Of a stretch of DNA of 64,000 bases, positions 62,490 to 64,000 are shown one piece after another. The DNA is taken from the NCBI GenBank assembly GCA_046760445.1, contig JBHIEE010000001.1, positions 19,497-83,496 on the forward strand. The letters run 5' to 3'. The translations under genes and the position numbers were made by a program. This DNA is from Candidatus Aminicenantia bacterium. GTDB taxonomy: Bacteria > Acidobacteriota > Aminicenantia > JdFR-78. How positions within the stretch are numbered: the first letter of the stretch is position 1; each line of letters opens with the position of its first letter. The notes under the pieces were generated by a model. It had not been told where the DNA came from and made no database searches. It saw nothing but the letters and a program-made list of their open reading frames with translations.

Positions 62490-63497
62490 TTAATATCTCA
62501 TTAAGGCTTTTGTGTTAATCTTATTTAAGATATCTTTCTTTAATTTGAATAACCGTTTTTTTAAGGGAGATAGAATTCCTCTCGTTTTGCTTTCGTCTAA
62601 TGTGCCAATATATTTACCCAAAAAATCTGCTGTTAAAAGCTTAATATTATATACAATCCAATATATTTTTTTCCCCAGAGATATATCTAATTTAAAAAGT
62701 GCAATGTAAGAGCGATAAAGTGCTCTTATTACTATTGCTTTTACAACACCTATCAATCTTGACACATAATAAAGCCCAAACTCCTTTATACTTAAATGTT
62801 GATCTATACACATTCTCTTTAAGACATAACTGAACGAAGAGTTATGCCAATGATAGAATTTAGCTTTTTTAGCTAAGGCGACTCTACAATTATTTAATAT
62901 AAGTCTCTTGGCAAAGCACATATCTTCTCCATAAGGCACATCTGGCAATTTGAACTTCAGAAGAGTATCTTTATTTATACAAGAAGCGCAATTATCAAAA
63001 TTACATATTTTTCTTCTAATTTCTGGTTTCATTCTATGCCAATCATTCATCGAGATTGGCTCAGAAATATCTTCATATTCAAGATACCACTTATTATGCA
63101 AAAATGCATCAATGGGATCATACAATTTATTCCCACCTACCTGATGAACCCCATAAGAAGCTTCAGCTTTACCCTCAAGAACTGGCTTGGTTAAATTTTC
63201 TAAAAAATAACTACCTGTCGGTAAAATGTCATCTGTAAGAAAAATCACGAATTTCCCTTTGGCTAATTTTGCCGCTCTCATACGAGTACGACTGTGATGA
63301 AACTCTCTTTCTGGAATTTGGATAAGCCTCATATTATTACTTTTAAGATATTCAACAGTGCCATCTTTTGAACCTGAATCTACGCAAATTATCTCATAGT
63401 TATGATTAACCTTCTGAGTCTTTAAACTTTCTACCAGATCTTTAATTGTGCTTATTGAATTTTTTGTGAAGATAATAACTGAAAAAGTTACTTCCAT
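62490..63497 (-). CDS. Glycosyltransferase family 2
   Basis: FSVIIFTKNS, IICVDSGSKDGT, IFLTDD. Confidence 0.75.
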   Translation of the reverse strand: MEVTFSVIIFTKNSISTIKDLVESLKTQKVNHNYEIICVDSGSKDGTVEYLKSNNMRLIQIPEREFHHSRTRMRAAKLAKGKFVIFLTDDILPTGSYFLENLTKPVLEGKAEASYGVHQVGGNKLYDPIDAFLHNKWYLEYEDISEPISMNDWHRMKPEIRRKICNFDNCASCINKDTLLKFKLPDVPYGEDMCFAKRLILNNCRVALAKKAKFYHWHNSSFSYVLKRMCIDQHLSIKEFGLYYVSRLIGVVKAIVIRALYRSYIALFKLDISLGKKIYWIVYNIKLLTADFLGKYIGTLDESKTRGILSPLKKRLFKLKKDILNKINTKALMRY

Positions 63498-63598
63498 TTT
63501 ACTTTCATTTGCATTCTTTTATCAGGCAGAAATATCTTGCTTACAAAATTTATACTTTTAGCTTTTATCATGAGTTCTTTATCATCTTCTTGAGAAGT

Positions 63599-64000
63599 TC
63601 ATACCATTCCAAAGAAACAATAATTTTTAAATATTTCCTGGAAAAAAATCTTAACTTCTTTTTCAAAAACCCTCTTGCTAAAAATTTCACCGCGCTTGTA
63701 AGCGTTTTGACTAAGCCAACTAAATAAATCTTGATCATCGATAACCTTAGTTGTTAATTCAATTAAATCTTCTAAAGAATCAAAACGAAATCCTGATACT
63801 CCGTTTCCCACAATTTCTTTTTGGCCTCCACCATTAAATACAATAGGCACACAGCCATTTTGCATAGCCTCCACTGTAGTCATTCCGAAATGTTCAATCA
63901 GTTGTGGTTCAATCTGAGTTAATCCACAGAAGTGCCAAAATATTTTGGCTCTTCTATAAAGAGATTTAAGTTCATCTAAAGGAATATTCACCTTCAATTC
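63599..64000 (-). CDS. Glycosyltransferase group 1, C-terminal part only (N-terminus beyond the right edge)
   Basis: EHFGMTTVEAMQNGCVPIV (E-x7-E). The frame is open to the window end. Confidence 0.7.
   Translation of the reverse strand, partial: ELKVNIPLDELKSLYRRAKIFWHFCGLTQIEPQLIEHFGMTTVEAMQNGCVPIVFNGGGQKEIVGNGVSGFRFDSLEDLIELTTKVIDDQDLFSWLSQNAYKRGEIFSKRVFEKEVKIFFQEIFKNYCFFGMV

Noticed and set aside
1-64000. tRNA, rRNA, tmRNA, SRP RNA, transposase, integrase or prophage genes
   Set aside because: I found no cloverleaf-like GTTCGAATC-type T-arm motifs, no rRNA-like conserved blocks, and no DDE or tyrosine-recombinase-like ORFs on either strand. Absence is by eye only and should be confirmed with tRNAscan-SE, Infernal and ISEScan.

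Overview
This is an AT-rich (about one-third G+C by eye), gene-dense bacterial chromosomal window with about 58 protein genes. I recognised no rRNA, tRNA, CRISPR array, transposase, integrase or phage genes. The gene content (GT9 heptosyltransferase, PpiD, MacA-type adaptor, MglA, a sigma54-type activator, IHF-like protein) suggests a diderm, probably uncultivated lineage, but I cannot name the taxon.

Layout:
- 1-9.7 kb: minus-strand envelope/glycan operon. It holds a 3-methyladenine glycosylase, a sulfatase-like enzyme, a coiled-coil protein, four glycosyltransferases in an A'-B'-B-A paralogue pattern, an MglA-family GTPase and a lipoprotein.
- 9.8-12.7 kb: a Yip1-like protein and a MacA-adaptor/ABC-ATPase pair.
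- 12.9-23.1 kb: housekeeping genes (IMPase, M48 peptidase, accBC, ffh, rpsP-KH-rimM-trmD-rplS-rnhB, a TPR protein).
- 23.2-28.2 kb: a single 1668-aa kinase-STAND-TPR-GAF-sigma54-activator fusion.
- 28.2-30.4 kb: an orphan Dpp/Opp-type permease pair and a decayed NhaC fragment, followed by trmFO and an SbcD/SbcC-like pair.
- 35-42 kb: a peptide-scavenging block (M14, M29 and M24 peptidases, OPT transporter).
- 42.4-54.9 kb: ppiD, acyl-CoA dehydrogenase, HIT, IHF-like, rpsA, ispH, hisC, scpAB, trpS, an M50 protease and an M55 aminopeptidase.
- 54.9-55.8 kb: a 0.85-kb gene-poor gap with a perfect sigma54 promoter in front of an orphan 108-aa basic protein, followed by a DRG-like GTPase.
- 56.8-64 kb: an LPS/polysaccharide sugar-modification cluster.

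The most unusual signal is non-coding. At least a dozen intergenic gaps are filled with a mosaic of stuttered 7-9-nt words, long imperfect hairpins and GC-rich mini-palindromes. These pieces recur between loci: there are several 20-46-nt identical or near-identical matches, one filled-versus-empty insertion site, and one locus with a truncated four-helix-bundle / 23S-IVS-protein-like ORF.

All calls come from reading motifs by eye. No database search or computation was possible.
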